Source: Catajapyx aquilonaris (lineage: Eukaryota). Taken from it: a stretch of 45,791 bases of DNA. The notes under the pieces were generated by a model. It saw only the letters and a program-made list of their open reading frames with translations, ran no database searches and was not told where the DNA came from. Position 1 is the stretch's first letter. Each line of letters starts with the position of its first letter. Below, one piece after another: positions 12,901-24,858 of this stretch. Position numbers and translations under genes: made by a program. The DNA lies in the NCBI GenBank assembly GCA_000934665.2, contig JYFJ02003156.1, positions 1 through 45,791 of the forward strand, written 5' to 3'.

Positions 12901-15900
12901 ATTTTGACATAAGGAGATAGTTTCTGAAAGTGTGTTATGAGAAGGGAATGGTTGTAGGCAGGGTGTAAGTGAACGGGTGCGAAAAGCGATTTTTGCAGCG
13001 TTCTGGCTTGGAAGCTGGGAGCTTAAGCCTGGATGAATAATTGAGGAGGGAATTAAAGGCTGGCAGTGGGCTAAAGGTGGAAGGTGGACTTTGGGATGAA
13101 ATATGGATGCCATTTCCGTCGGCCGGAAGGAAGCGCACCTTTTATGTTGGCTCGCCGACGCTTCTTTTTTCCTCGGCACCAGACTTGCACTCGCTTCCTT
13201 TTCTCGGCTCCGGCTCCCGTGTCCCATTGTGTTCCCCCAAAGCGACACTTTTGTCGGCTGATGAGTCGTCCAGGATTTATTTTCAGCTTTCTCGGCATCG
13301 CTTTATCCAATTGGCTCGGCACTACAATGCCTTATAGGATTCCGCATGGATGGATCCAGAGTGTTCACTCAAGGACGGCGCACTCTACTGGGAAGGAGGA
13401 GGAGGACCAAAAACATTCACTATTCATTCTAGCCAGGATACATGACGTCCACAATGTGCACGTCGTTACGTACCCTCGTGATGGAGTGCACAATACATAT
13501 TATTATTATAGTCAAATTCCACGGTATAGCAGCATCTAGGAACTGTAGAGAGAAGCATGTTGAAGGGAACTGTGGAACAAGAGCGATTCAGAGATCAGCT
13601 GAGACACATGCAGCCTACATAAATACGAAGAAATTACAAGTCCCGTGTGCTGGTCTACCCTTAATAAATTGCGACTGCTTTCGTCCTACAGTAAGGTCGT
13701 GCATTGTGGTCACTCCTGGACAACAGAAAAACTCCTCGTGAAACCTCAATATTTATCGAGGAAGGTTCAAAGAATGTTACCAATTCTGGTAATCAATCGT
13801 GCAGTAGTTTTAAAACGTATTTTACAAGTCAAATGTGCAAGGCTTGCTTCACTCAAAGTTAGAAGAGTGGGAATAGTTCCCTGAAGCTGCATCATGCTGC
13901 CCTATTATAGTTTCTAGGTCCAGATTCATCCAACAGGACGCGATGGTGTAAAAAGTGCAGATGACAATGACAGCTTGGAAGTTGGCTCGGAGTTACGAAG
14001 GTCTGGGCGAAGGAACCGCGAAGTGGTTGCCAGATGCAGGGGACCCTCCCTCCCTTCCTCGAGCATTTTCGGCCTGAATCCTAGCCCGAAAGAAAATGTC
14101 CTCAAGCAAGCAGCCACGTCGTCCATCCAGTCACAGCTGTCGCTTTCAGACACTGCTCTTAACATCTGCCCTGAACTTCGGAGGAGGACCAGTTGGGAAC
14201 ATTGCTCTCTAAAATGTCTGCCTTCTGCTCCACAAGGCGGGGACAAAATGGAAATTTGAGCAAATTGCGCAGAGGTTGTACCGGTTGCATACCCACCTTT
14301 CTAATCCGAATCCCAATTCACGCCATATGGGAATATGTTGTACTGCTTTTGTATCTCATTTAGACTTGTATTGGTTGACTCTCCATGTGTTTAGCCAGTT
14401 GTGATAGGCCTGGATAGTCGTGGTTAATCTCCTGCCACGTGCCCTTGTTATCGACATTCAAATTTGGACTCTGGAATCGTTCGAAATGACTACATTTTGC
14501 TAATGAATGCTTGGGTAGATTATGGGTCTGAATGCTCGCTGCCTAGCAATGGCCCCACGAATAACGCAGGTGAGAAGCAACCCTTGGAACCCGTTAATTA
14601 GACGCAAATCAGGCTTCTTCTACCAATGCTGTCTCCATGGTGCACCCGACTTGCCGAAGAGTTGGTTTCGTATGGGAATGAGAGAAAGAGAGGGAGGAGG
14701 TTCAGGCATATAAAGGCCACGTGCCTCCATTTTTACACTGGAATGGCCGCAGGAGGGAGACTCGGCAAACACTAATGTGGAGGAACAAAGATTTCCGGTT
14801 TCAAATCAATGCATTTTATTGGCCCGTTATACGTACTCTCTCTGTTCGAAAAAAAATGTGCTCGATGATTTATTAAAGGGCTGGCACTTCGCACAAAATA
14901 TATCACGAGTTGCATGAGGTTCAAACATGGGATGGGATATGTCTATCATTGATAATTACGTAATCAAACTGAGTTGTGTGTTATACTGATTAAATTTGTA
15001 CACGCCATAGCCGTGCTTTGGTTTATATGCACACTACGTTGCTGTCACGTCCAGTCGGCGTTTTAAATTTGACAGTTTTGCAAATTTATGACAGTTTATA
15101 CAAGATATAACAGAATTTTGGCACGTATCCCAACATTCCGGGAGTCCGTATTTTGCGCATACTGGCACTCCCTGTTGTGTTGACAAACAGGATGATTCAC
15201 GAGATAAACTGCGACAATATATCGCCATTCCAAAACGGGATGTCCTCACCATATTCTTTGCTTTGGGCAGGGTGACTCCTTTGGAGACCGTCTGACTCAC
15301 ATGTCCCAATTGACTATGTGCATACTGTATAGTGTAGTGCATTTTACTAACTATTACACGAATAGTGCTTTCAGTAGGCGTCGGGAATAATGTTGACGTG
15401 GCTCCATAAAGATGTAATAATTTTCAAGTTCGCAGTATGTCAACATAGATCTGACGTAGGTCTATGCTAAGCAGCGTTTTGTTGAAGTATAGTGTCTGCG
15501 TAGGTATATAGCAGGGTAGTGCTTGCAATGGTGAAAATTGGTCCAGAGTTGGGTTAGAGGATAGCAGAGCCAGCGCCACATTTGCCTTTGCGGGAGGCGT
15601 TTGAAATGTAAATACGGCCGTCTGTTTGATCGGAACAAACGAGCTCGAATGGGGTAGATAAATCCCGGCAGCAGTTGCTGACATCCCCAGTGGAAACAGG
15701 TGTCAGTGAGCTCTCCGACCTGCCACCGCTGCATTATCATTACACTTCTCTTGCACGCCGCCATCTTAACCCAACTCAAATGAGAGAAATAGCTCATCCA
15801 CCAACGCCAGAATGTTGCTTCCCGAACTATTCTAATCAAAGTGTATAATGATGCGCTCCGGTTATCCTACACCACTCCCTTTTCTCCAGTGTATCTGAGT

Positions 15901-16824
15901 GTTGGGACAGGTCAGGCATATCCCCTTTCGACCGGTAAACTATAGTGATGGATGTTGTTGGATTCAGGGTCCGGAAAGGATCCCCGAGTTGCATTTTCCG
16001 GTGAGGCTGAGACACCGACACCTTTTCCATCTTACCCCCCCCCCCCTCCTTTTATATGTTTTTTTGCTAACTCTTGAGCAAGAGAAAAGTTGGGGCCCTC
16101 TAGAATTAGCATGGGAGCTTATTCTGGGGTAGAAGTCGTTCTGCAGAGCCAACTTGACTCTGAAATCCTTTTTCGGCGAGAGCCTGGTGGAGGGGTCGGG
16201 GCGGCGAAGGGGTATGTTTCCTCTTACATTTCCCTGGTAGGATGGATGGCATGCGCCATGGCTTCCCTTCTAATGCTCCCGCACTCCATTCAAAAGCCCC
16301 CACGCCAAGTCTGATACATTGGGGAAGTAGAGTTGGGGACCAACCCATGCAGCCATGGGACCCATTTCCTCCACCATTTCCTACCAACATTTTCCCCCTT
16401 CTTCCCTGGCCTAGCGTCACCCTCATGCGGTCACACTTCCCATTGATTTCATCATAATTAAAAGGCTGATTGAAAGACCAGATTCAGCTTTTATCAGCCC
16501 GTGACCTCTTCGTTTTAGGTGACCTCTTCCTGACATATATCCATCTATTTATGTGAAGGGGAGTACATTTTAAATATGAACCCCTCCCATACGACAGTAA
16601 TATAATGGATTAATATCCCGCCCGGATTTAGGTGGACTTAAGGGGTGACAGGGAAGGTCCAAATGAACATGGAATTTGCGTTTGAGAAACATAAAATGCA
16701 TTGCCTAGCCAGTTTTATGATTATGACTCCCTCTGAATATATGATTATTGAGGTGCTTAAAAATTCTAGTTGCACTGAAAGGCATTGGAAAGGATATTGG
16801 ATTGAAGATGACTATTATGACGTA

Positions 16825-18090
16825 CCGTAAAACGTGGTGTGATTGTGCCAGCGCATTTTTGGGGCAACAACGCACCCTTTTGGCAGCAGGCGTAAACTGG
16901 CGAATTTAGGCGTATTCCATTACATTGGTGAATATTCAAGGTTGACAGTCACGATTCGCGATTTGTTGCGATAAAGCCCGTAAAATAAAAAAAAATTGCA
17001 GAAATTTAGATTTTCGTCAAGTTTTGCATTTGGTGGTATAGTAGTGGTTGCCGTGAGTGGACGGTTGCTTCTCTTTACCAAGTAAGTTACTACTTCCATA
17101 ACTGTGTTATTGAAGGTTATAAATACGACTGGACATTTTTAAATCTGCATTTGTTCTTGAGCTATGACGCAATGAGTAAAAGAAATAGGCACTTGACGGG
17201 GTGATATTGTGCCCCCCCCCCCCCCCCNCCCCCCCCAATCATTTCACGTGATGAGAAAGGTTTACGTGAAGAAGATCGGTCGGAAGCTTTGGCAGAAACC
17301 CTGGCTAACATTTCTGCGACGTTTAAAAGGTGGAAAGTGGATAGTGAAATAATGGGGGAAAACATGGGAAAACAGTGACACAATCTGACCTCGTCAACTG
17401 CACTGATTTTTTTACTAATAGCGCCATGTTTCAAAAAATCCCCCTCCCCCCTCATATATTGAAGATGCTCCTTTTTACAGACAGAAACCCCATGACACGT
17501 TTCCTATTCCAAGTATTTAAATATGCTGGCACATTCTCACCCCCACTCGACGGGGTGAAATTGTGCCTCGGAAAAGATTTTATATCTCCCCTCCCTTAGC
17601 GTATAAAAATTATTTTCCTATATGATCTTAAAGGGGGGAGGTGTAGATGGCCGAGATGGTAACGTCTCGGCTTGCTGAGTGAAAGGCCCCAGGTTCGATC
17701 CCCGCCTGGGGAACTTTCCTTTCACCTGCGTCAGGAGGGTCTCTGACCTGCACCAAGGAGGTGTCTGGCAACCTAACCTCCTGGGGAACAGCACATGACC
17801 CCTTTACCGACCTTGAACTTGCACCAATGTTCCCTCCCCAAAAAATCCCTATCCCTACCCTACATCCTTGACTCCTTGCACCTGTGATGAAGTTAAAGGA
17901 AAATTGGAGAGTAATGGTGGTATTCCACCCCCCTAAAAAGGCTAAGCCTTATCACGGGGTAACATAAAAAAATCTTAAAGGTGAAATGTGCATCAACGTT
18001 GTATATAAATTTCGCTCCAATATATAAATTACTCTGATTTGCTCTTAAGGAAAACCTCACAAAGTGGCACAATCTCACCCCGTTTGACGG
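16825..18090. mobile_element. Non-autonomous Tc1/mariner-superfamily (pogo-like) DNA transposon with a nested SINE
   Basis: 26-bp TIRs CCGTAAAACGTGGTGTGATTGTGCCA / revcomp CCGTCAAACGGGGTGAGATTGTGCCA (23/26); TA on both sides (16823-24, 18091-92); further internal copies of the GGGGTGANATTGTGCC motif near 17198, 17377, 17528 and 17552. Confidence 0.85.
17635..17971 (+). mobile_element. tRNA-derived SINE, family A copy 1 (full length)
   Basis: A-box TGGCCGAGATGG, B-box GGTTCGATCCC, A-rich tail, 10-bp TSD ATCTTAAAGG (17625-17634 / 17972-17981); first ~250 bp highly similar to the copy at 34251. Confidence 0.93.
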
Positions 18091-18107
18091 TATATGAGCC
18101 TGAAATA

Positions 18108-18817
18108 CAGGATCATCGAAAAAGAATGTCCCTATTTGAAAACCCTATAACTCGAAAACTTGTAGACATACGGTATAACTTATCTAAATAATTTGAGTTT
18201 TGAAATGCTAAGAAATGTTCAAAGTTTTTGTCTCACCTTTAGTTTGTTTCGATATGAGCTTCATTTGTCGCTCAGCAGATACAAAAGGCTTGCATCGGTC
18301 TCGTGCCAAACCCGCTCAATCATATCTTGAGTTACCGTATCCCGTAGGTGCTGGATATGACGGGTCTTTACACCACACACATTGTTATTCACTGTGCACA
18401 TAAAAAGTTGCCTCATCTATATGAAGCAAACCTGCCGTATAGGGAAGTTCCATTTTTTCAGTGTGCGAAGTCTTGAATGAGAAGTTTCCCAATGCCTAGC
18501 CCTCCCAGAATCCCAGATCTTACCCCGATGGACATTTTTATGGAGATACATGTATGGTGAAAAGATTCAGCATCTCCAGCGCCTACGGGAAAAGATTGCA
18601 AAGGTAACGGCAGACATGCCTGAGCGGGTTAGGCACGACACCGATTACCATATTTACATTTGACGAGCGACAAATGGAGCTCATATCGAAACAAACTAAG
18701 GTGAAACCAAAACGTGAGATATTTCTTAGCATTTCAAAACTTAAATCATTTAGATACGTCTACAAGTTTTCGAGTTATAGGGTTTTAAAATAGGGACATT
18801 CTTTTTCGATGACCCTG
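18108..18817. mobile_element. Palindromic Tc1/mariner deletion derivative (long-TIR MITE)
   Basis: TA-CAGGATCATCGAAAAAGAATGTCCCTATTT ... AAATAGGGACATTCTTTTTCGATGACCCTG-TA; inverted arms of about 160 bp, with weaker symmetry further inward; TA on both sides. Confidence 0.92.
18501..18699 (+). pseudogene. Degenerate C-terminal fragment of a Tc1/mariner-type transposase
   Basis: Manual translation: PPRIPDLTPMD (matches the WPPRSPDLxPxD motif), a frameshift, then YGEKIQHLQRLREKIAKVTADMPERVRHDTDYHIYI*RATNGAHIETN*. Confidence 0.85.
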
Positions 18818-18983
18818 TATTTTGGCGTCATAATTAATTTTGTATTGTATTTCGAACCCACGCTCTGGTATACTTTCCAAACGAATGCACGTGTATTTGT
18901 AATTTTTGTGTGCCTGTTATAACCGTAATGTATACGAGTATAAAGCACCGTAATGCACTTCGTACATGGGAGACGAACCTGTG

Positions 18984-19036
18984 GTAACTACGACACAGTA
19001 ACTCTGACACAGTACTCTGACACAGTAACTACGACA
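18984..19036. repeat. Short minisatellite, ~14-bp unit x ~4
   Basis: GTAACTACGACACA GTAACTCTGACACA GTACTCTGACACA GTAACTACGACA. Confidence 0.85.
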
Positions 19037-19071
19037 GATTGATTTTTCCAGTTGATTTTATGGTGACCTGA

Positions 19072-19072
<1 letters not shown>

Positions 19073-19142
<70 letters not shown>
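19073..19142. repeat. (AAT)n microsatellite, ~23 units; tail of SINE B
   Basis: Perfect trinucleotide run; explains the poly-Leu stretch in ORF 19058..19243. Confidence 0.95.
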
Positions 19143-19472
19143 TGATTGGGTATTCGGCTAGCCCCAAAGGGGCCTTCTGCCAGACCTTTATTTAGATGGT
19201 GTACAATTTTTGGGAATCCTATTTTTGAAGCGCCCGGGCCCACGGGCAGGATGACAGGAGGGGATGTGCAAAGTGCAGTGAATCTGACGCTGTGGCCATT
19301 TTTAGTGAACTCCCCCGGGTGGTTTAGTCTGTAGGAAATACCACCCGAGACGAAGCCAGAGGTGACCCTGAACTCTGCACGAGATGAAGGGGGTGTCCCC
19401 GGGCTGGGATCGAATCCGGGACCTTAACATCCGTGGGCGCGCACGTTACCGCGGCGCCACTCCGTCTCCCCT
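19077..19472 (-). mobile_element. tRNA-derived SINE, family B (full length, (TTA)n tail)
   Basis: Minus strand: A-box-like TGGCGCCGCGG, B-box GGATTCGATCCC; tail is the (AAT)n run at ~19073-19142; 14-bp TSD GTGACCTGAGTAAT (19063-19076 / 19473-19486). Confidence 0.92.
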
Positions 19473-22400
19473 GTGACCTGAGTAATGACTAGATTTTAAA
19501 AAATTCTCACCGCGTGTATCAGGACATGAGGACATACAACGTGGATTTTTGTGCACTTATCAGCAGTAAATTATTATTTACAAGATGTAATTTCCGTTTC
19601 TAGCGGAGATTTCGAATATGACTAATTTTTACTGTGTATACCTAGGATAAAATATTCTGTATAAATGGAGCTTTACCTGGTTTACAGTTACATCATATTA
19701 ACATACCGGTATTATAGAAGTATAACAGCTTATTGTGACCTTTTCCCAATATTTAGTAACTGTCGAAAATAATACACTGTGTATAGGGTATGCCCTACAG
19801 ATTACGTCCATATATACCAAAATAGTACCCACATTGGAAAAGGTGAAGAATATTCATATTTTTATTTAAGTTACGCCTAGTCCACTGGGAAACCGGTGAC
19901 GTCCGGTGACATTTCTGTTGCAAATATAGAATGGGAGGTCGTTACTATGACGTAATAAGCATGGGATAAGAGATGTCAGCGGTGTTCCAGTGAATAGTAA
20001 GAGGCCTGAAACATTAATCATCTCCCATCATTTAGTCACGGCATGACGTATATGCATTAACAAATTGGAAGTAGCTATAAACATGGATATAGAGAAGCGG
20101 TACTCCACTGTCTTGTTATTACTGTACTTCCCTTTGACGTCAGGAGAGAATACTTGGGAATAATATGTGCGTCACAAATGCCACGTAATTATATATATTT
20201 TTGGCATATGAGCCTTTTACAATGCTAAAGGTCGAGGCATTTGACTTGTTAACTGACAAATGTTGCGGCTTACAATCATTAGCCACAAAGACTGAAATTA
20301 CTGCCACCAATATGAACATGTTCTCATTTTCAACTATAGGGACGAGGGGAAATATGATCATCTATGCACTGGACCATGTTGGTTGTACACGTCATTGAAA
20401 GTTTTAAAAATGAAAACTAATGCTATCCACTGACATTATGCGGATAACTAGACGTTACGTATAGATCATTTCCCCTCCTGACCCTATATGCTGGGACCTA
20501 GTTGTACATTGTTTTGTAAATACCCCCAACTCGATTTGGGCCCACGAGTGATGCACTTTCAGAGCATTTTCCCCTCAGCTAAATCATAAGTTGGGACAAG
20601 AGGGGAGGATGGTGTGGGGGAAGGGGATATAGGTGGTTGAAAAAAAGTGCTGCAAGTTTGATGCGTCGAAATTGAGTGCGAGTGGGGTAAATATTCCATT
20701 CGGGAGTGTGGCCGACGTCAGCGCCGTTACCACCAACACTTGCTAAACATTGCAGAAAGGCCTAAAGCCAGCTTGAAGCCGAACTGCCACATTTGCGACA
20801 AGCATGAAATGACTATTATTATTCGAAAACAATGTATTTTTGGCCGCTGCTAATATGATGCCAGTGCTGCTTAGTGACAAATGTTTAAAAATTCCTATAG
20901 CAGCGTATAATGGGTGGCAGAATGAAATCGTTAAACCGCAGGTCCAGACACTCTGGGCTCATCATTTCTTCTCCAGTGGACGGAAGAAATATCGGTGAAT
21001 GGTGGACGTCCCCGAGTGCTAACATCAGCGAGTGACTTAGCGCGCAGGCAAGGACAGCACACGCGGGTACGTCTGCGAATGAAAAGAGAAGAAAAGAGAT
21101 ACGAGTGGATGGTGCAAGTGGGTCCATCCACGTCTAGTGCAGCAGGCGGCTTGCAGTTTTTTTCCCTTTTTGGGGGGGAGGTGGGCCATTCATCCGGGCC
21201 CATCTCTTTGTTAGCCACTCATAGGCCCAGGGTTTCTCCCCCAGTTTTATAGGGAAGGGGGGGGGNNNNNNNNGGGGGAGGGCGATGCAGCCTTATCTGT
21301 CCCAAGGAAGGCACTTGTGGAACTCTCTCGCACCCGACTCTATCGATCTGGGTCCAACAGCACACACTTGCCATGTCGAGTGCCAGAGTTGTTGTTTTTT
21401 TCCGCCTTTTTAGGGGGGTAGGGGGCACCCTTCCGCGTCAAGTGGAGGAAACATGGCGGCTCATCATCCCCCAATTCCTAGGAAACAGCGTGTGGCCACC
21501 ATTCTGGGCATATGCACGCTTAATTGACATGGCGAATGATTACGCTGTTATCACCTCTCGCGGACACAACAAAAAAACAGGAGCCAAAAATTACGAGCGT
21601 TGCGTTTGAAATGCGCGTAAAATGCTGGGGCACGCATAAACAAAATTAGGCTTATTTTCAGGTGACGTTAATTGAGTGACTGGAGCATGGAAGTGGTTAA
21701 TTGGGAAGCAGGGTGTAGTGTGCATTTAGCACTGATTCGTATCTGGCAGTGACAGAAATAAAACAGTGTGCATGGTATTATCACGTCAAAATTTCAACGC
21801 CTCTTCAAACCCCATGATGGATATAGATGTCGATGGTAGAGTCCCGACGGAACTGATTCTGCTGACTTGGGACCGTTTGCAGGGTCCGGTGGTTGTCAAG
21901 GGAGATTGGGTGCTTAGCGAGCTTTTGGTTCTTAATGGGGGCCAATGGGCTCAAGACGGTTTAACCGCCCCGGTGTTTTATGGGCCCAGGGGGCAGCCCA
22001 GGCGTATATATTCAATTATTGCCTGCTCTATTTCCAAGCTTGTCCGCCATTTTGGACTGGATTCAACGCAACCCATATATCGTAAATTTGGCCATTGAGT
22101 GCCGGCTCTTTTTCCCCCGCCACCGCCACACCCCCCTCTTGCACTACTCACATGCTACACTTTCCCAATTATGTAACATATGAGCCCCATGTCCCACACG
22201 AGTGCCCCATTAAACTTGTATTGACCTTTTAGCGCTTTGATCAAGCTGTTTTGGTCAAATACGAGCACCGCTACTGCTGGAGAGTTGCGTCTGAATTAGG
22301 TCCGGTCTCCTATTTGATTCCAAGTGTACAAGTCATGGTAGGATTCTGACATAAATCCCCGCTAACTTGTCCTGTCAGCACACTAACTAAATGGGAGAGG

Positions 22401-23768
22401 TTAACTGGAACTATTCCGCGATCCTCCGCCCTTTTCGTGGTATGAGACCACTATCAACCTATACTCAAAATGCTATACACTCTGCTGTCTACATTAAAAA
22501 TAACTGAGTTTCCTCTATTCACTTTTACAAACGCCCACCACTAATTTACTGTAATGGCATTTAGCTAGACTAAAGGTTTATTATGACGTCATGAAGACTA
22601 TCTCCTTCTGGAATATCCTATACAGTATAAGGTCAAAGCATGGTACTAGTCTATGCGTATATTACTGTAGTACCAAATTGTACATCTGACGCAAATGAGC
22701 ACGCTGTATTTACATTTGCGCTGTTAGTCTACCTGCGCATTAATAATGAATTAATATATACGGTACATTTTTGGTTGAAACGTTAGTATAGCTTGTGATG
22801 CATCATCATCAGGAGAATGCACCATCGCATGTGTCGTTTCCCTAAACAAATATGGAATCATTACCTGTAGGCACAAGTGTATTTATTTACCAAAATCATA
22901 CTGTAAATGATAATAGAAATGTACAGTATATAATCATTGTAGAGAGATGTAATCATTTCAGACCCCTCTGATACTGACATAAGACAGTAACGAGAACTGT
23001 ATGAGCTTAGTAACTTTAAAAGATGCTTAATTTATGATATCGGGCAATAGTGACTTGATATATGTTACATGTTTTCATATATGTTAAAGTAGGAATTTTG
23101 CCACGATTTAAATTTAGGCACATCCACCCAGACTTCCAGCTCCTCCTAAGTCATTTTCCCGCACCCAACTCATTCAGGACGAATTTGACACGAACCTCTC
23201 GAGAACAGAAGGCTGTGGATATAATAAAGGCTGGACTCCAAGTAATTACAGGCCACTCCTGTCTCTCCCTCTATATATATATTTTTTTTTTGCAAAAAAA
23301 GAGGGGAAAAAATTGCTGAAGGGGGGGTGAGGAAGGTGGGGGGGGGGGGTGTCAAGGGAGATCCATATTTTATTATTTCTCCCCCGCCGCTTTTGCCAAA
23401 CACGTGGTGACACGTCGCCTTGGGGACCCCTTGCTGGGTCTCGAATGGCCCTCCTTTTCCGGACCCACAAAAGCCCCGGATGCTGTCCTCGACCGGGCAT
23501 TATTTTTTCTCTCTCCGTCCCTCCATCACGCAAAAACTTTCTTTGTTCTCTTGGCTCCACTCCGCTTGCAGCACTTCGTCCAGATAGTGAAAAAGGCGGA
23601 GGAAATATTTTTTGAAAGGTTCCTTGCTCAGGTGGAGTGAAGGGGAAAAAAAGAGGTCCGGACTGTCCCGTGATTTGTCAAGTCACCGGACTAAAGGCAA
23701 GAGGGAGAAAAATAAATAAATCAAAGAAAACGTGACATGAAAGGGCCAAGTTAGACTTTTCTAGTGTG

Positions 23769-23957
23769 CTACACACGAAAGTCAAGATTCCAGTTTTTGT
23801 ATTGGAAACGGGCAAACTCGGAACCAACCGGTCCAAGTCATGTACTGTGGCCGACAAGAAGATTGGGAGAGACAGATACTCTGCTTGGTGGATTAGTCAG
23901 TCCCCTGGGAATATCGGGATGTACGGTAATTTGCCAGTCCCAATAGTTTTAGTGTAG
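23769..23957. mobile_element. Possible degraded MITE
   Basis: Left CTACAC...TATTGGAAACGGGCAAA vs revcomp of right end CTACACTAAAACTATTGGGACTGGCAAA; needs a gap to align; no TSD seen. Confidence 0.3.
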
Positions 23958-24222
23958 TGTAATATGAGCCCAGCATAATGCTGTGAATAGCGTGCATGGC
24001 GCAATTAGGCTGAAAGAGAAGTCTCGTCAATAATCCACGTAATGCCTTTTGTAAAGGAATAGGCCTATACTGTATTTATGAGCGTGTAATGGCACAAAGA
24101 ACTTTTGGTTCATATATTCGTCATCGAATTAATTGCGAATAAAAGGGCCAACGTTTCCAAAACAATATATTGGTACATTTTGTAATTTTCCGTAGTCATA
24201 CGTATGTGGTGCATAGGTTCAG

Positions 24223-24858
24223 AGAGGAGCTCCCAAGCAAAATCAGCTATATCCGACCGTGGGGAAAAAATGAGTTTGAAGTGGCACTGGATTCTACATG
24301 TTGCCCTCTACCTATAGTACCCAAATATGGTGTAGCACAGCCGCCTAGAAATGGGTGTAAAATGGCTCCAAATATGCGTGTCCTAAGCAGAAACAGCTAA
24401 ATCCAAGCCATGAAATTCGTTTGTTTCGTGCAAAAGCAGCTAGATCCAAGTTTGTGTGCATATCAAGCCAGCTCCAATGCGATACATTTTGTCATAATGA
24501 TAAATGTGTTAATTAAATTTAGTTTTTTTCCGTATCTATATGAAACATATACATGAGACGGTCTCATGAGTGGAGGAATCGGCATTTTAACACACTCCAT
24601 ATTATCGATAAAACAATATATATGTGGAAAAAATACTTTTTTTCTCAGAGCAAAACCAGCTACTTCCAAACCGACCTCAGAATTTGTGGTTAAACTACCA
24701 ATCCACGATTTTCAAAACTTATATTTAAAAATTCATAAAAATGCCATCTCTGCCTATCAGCTACTTTCAGTTTGCAACCGTTTCCAAATGACAGGTTTTT
24801 CTCCTCTCCTGTACAATTCTTATTATGGACTTAGTTGCTTTTGCTTTCGAGCTCCTCT
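24223..24858. mobile_element. MITE / non-autonomous DNA transposon with near-terminal GAG...CTC
   Basis: 27-bp imperfect TIR AGAGGAGCTCCCAAGCAAAATCAGCTA vs revcomp AGAGGAGCTCGAAAGCAAAAGCAACTA (23/27); AT-rich interior; no clean TSD. Confidence 0.6.

Noticed and set aside
15032..15339. CACTAC...GTAGTG with CA flanks, CACTA-like
   Set aside because: Only 6 bp of TIR and no subterminal repeats; compatible with chance.
17635..17715. Possible tRNA genes at the A/B-box sites
   Set aside because: No proper cloverleaf; they are heads of SINEs with bodies, tails and TSDs.
18984..19036. CRISPR-like short repeats
   Set aside because: Contiguous tandem units with no spacers, in eukaryotic context.
21257..21278. 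G-run containing Ns (also N at 17228 in a C-run)
   Set aside because: Sequencing or assembly uncertainty in homopolymers, not a biological feature.
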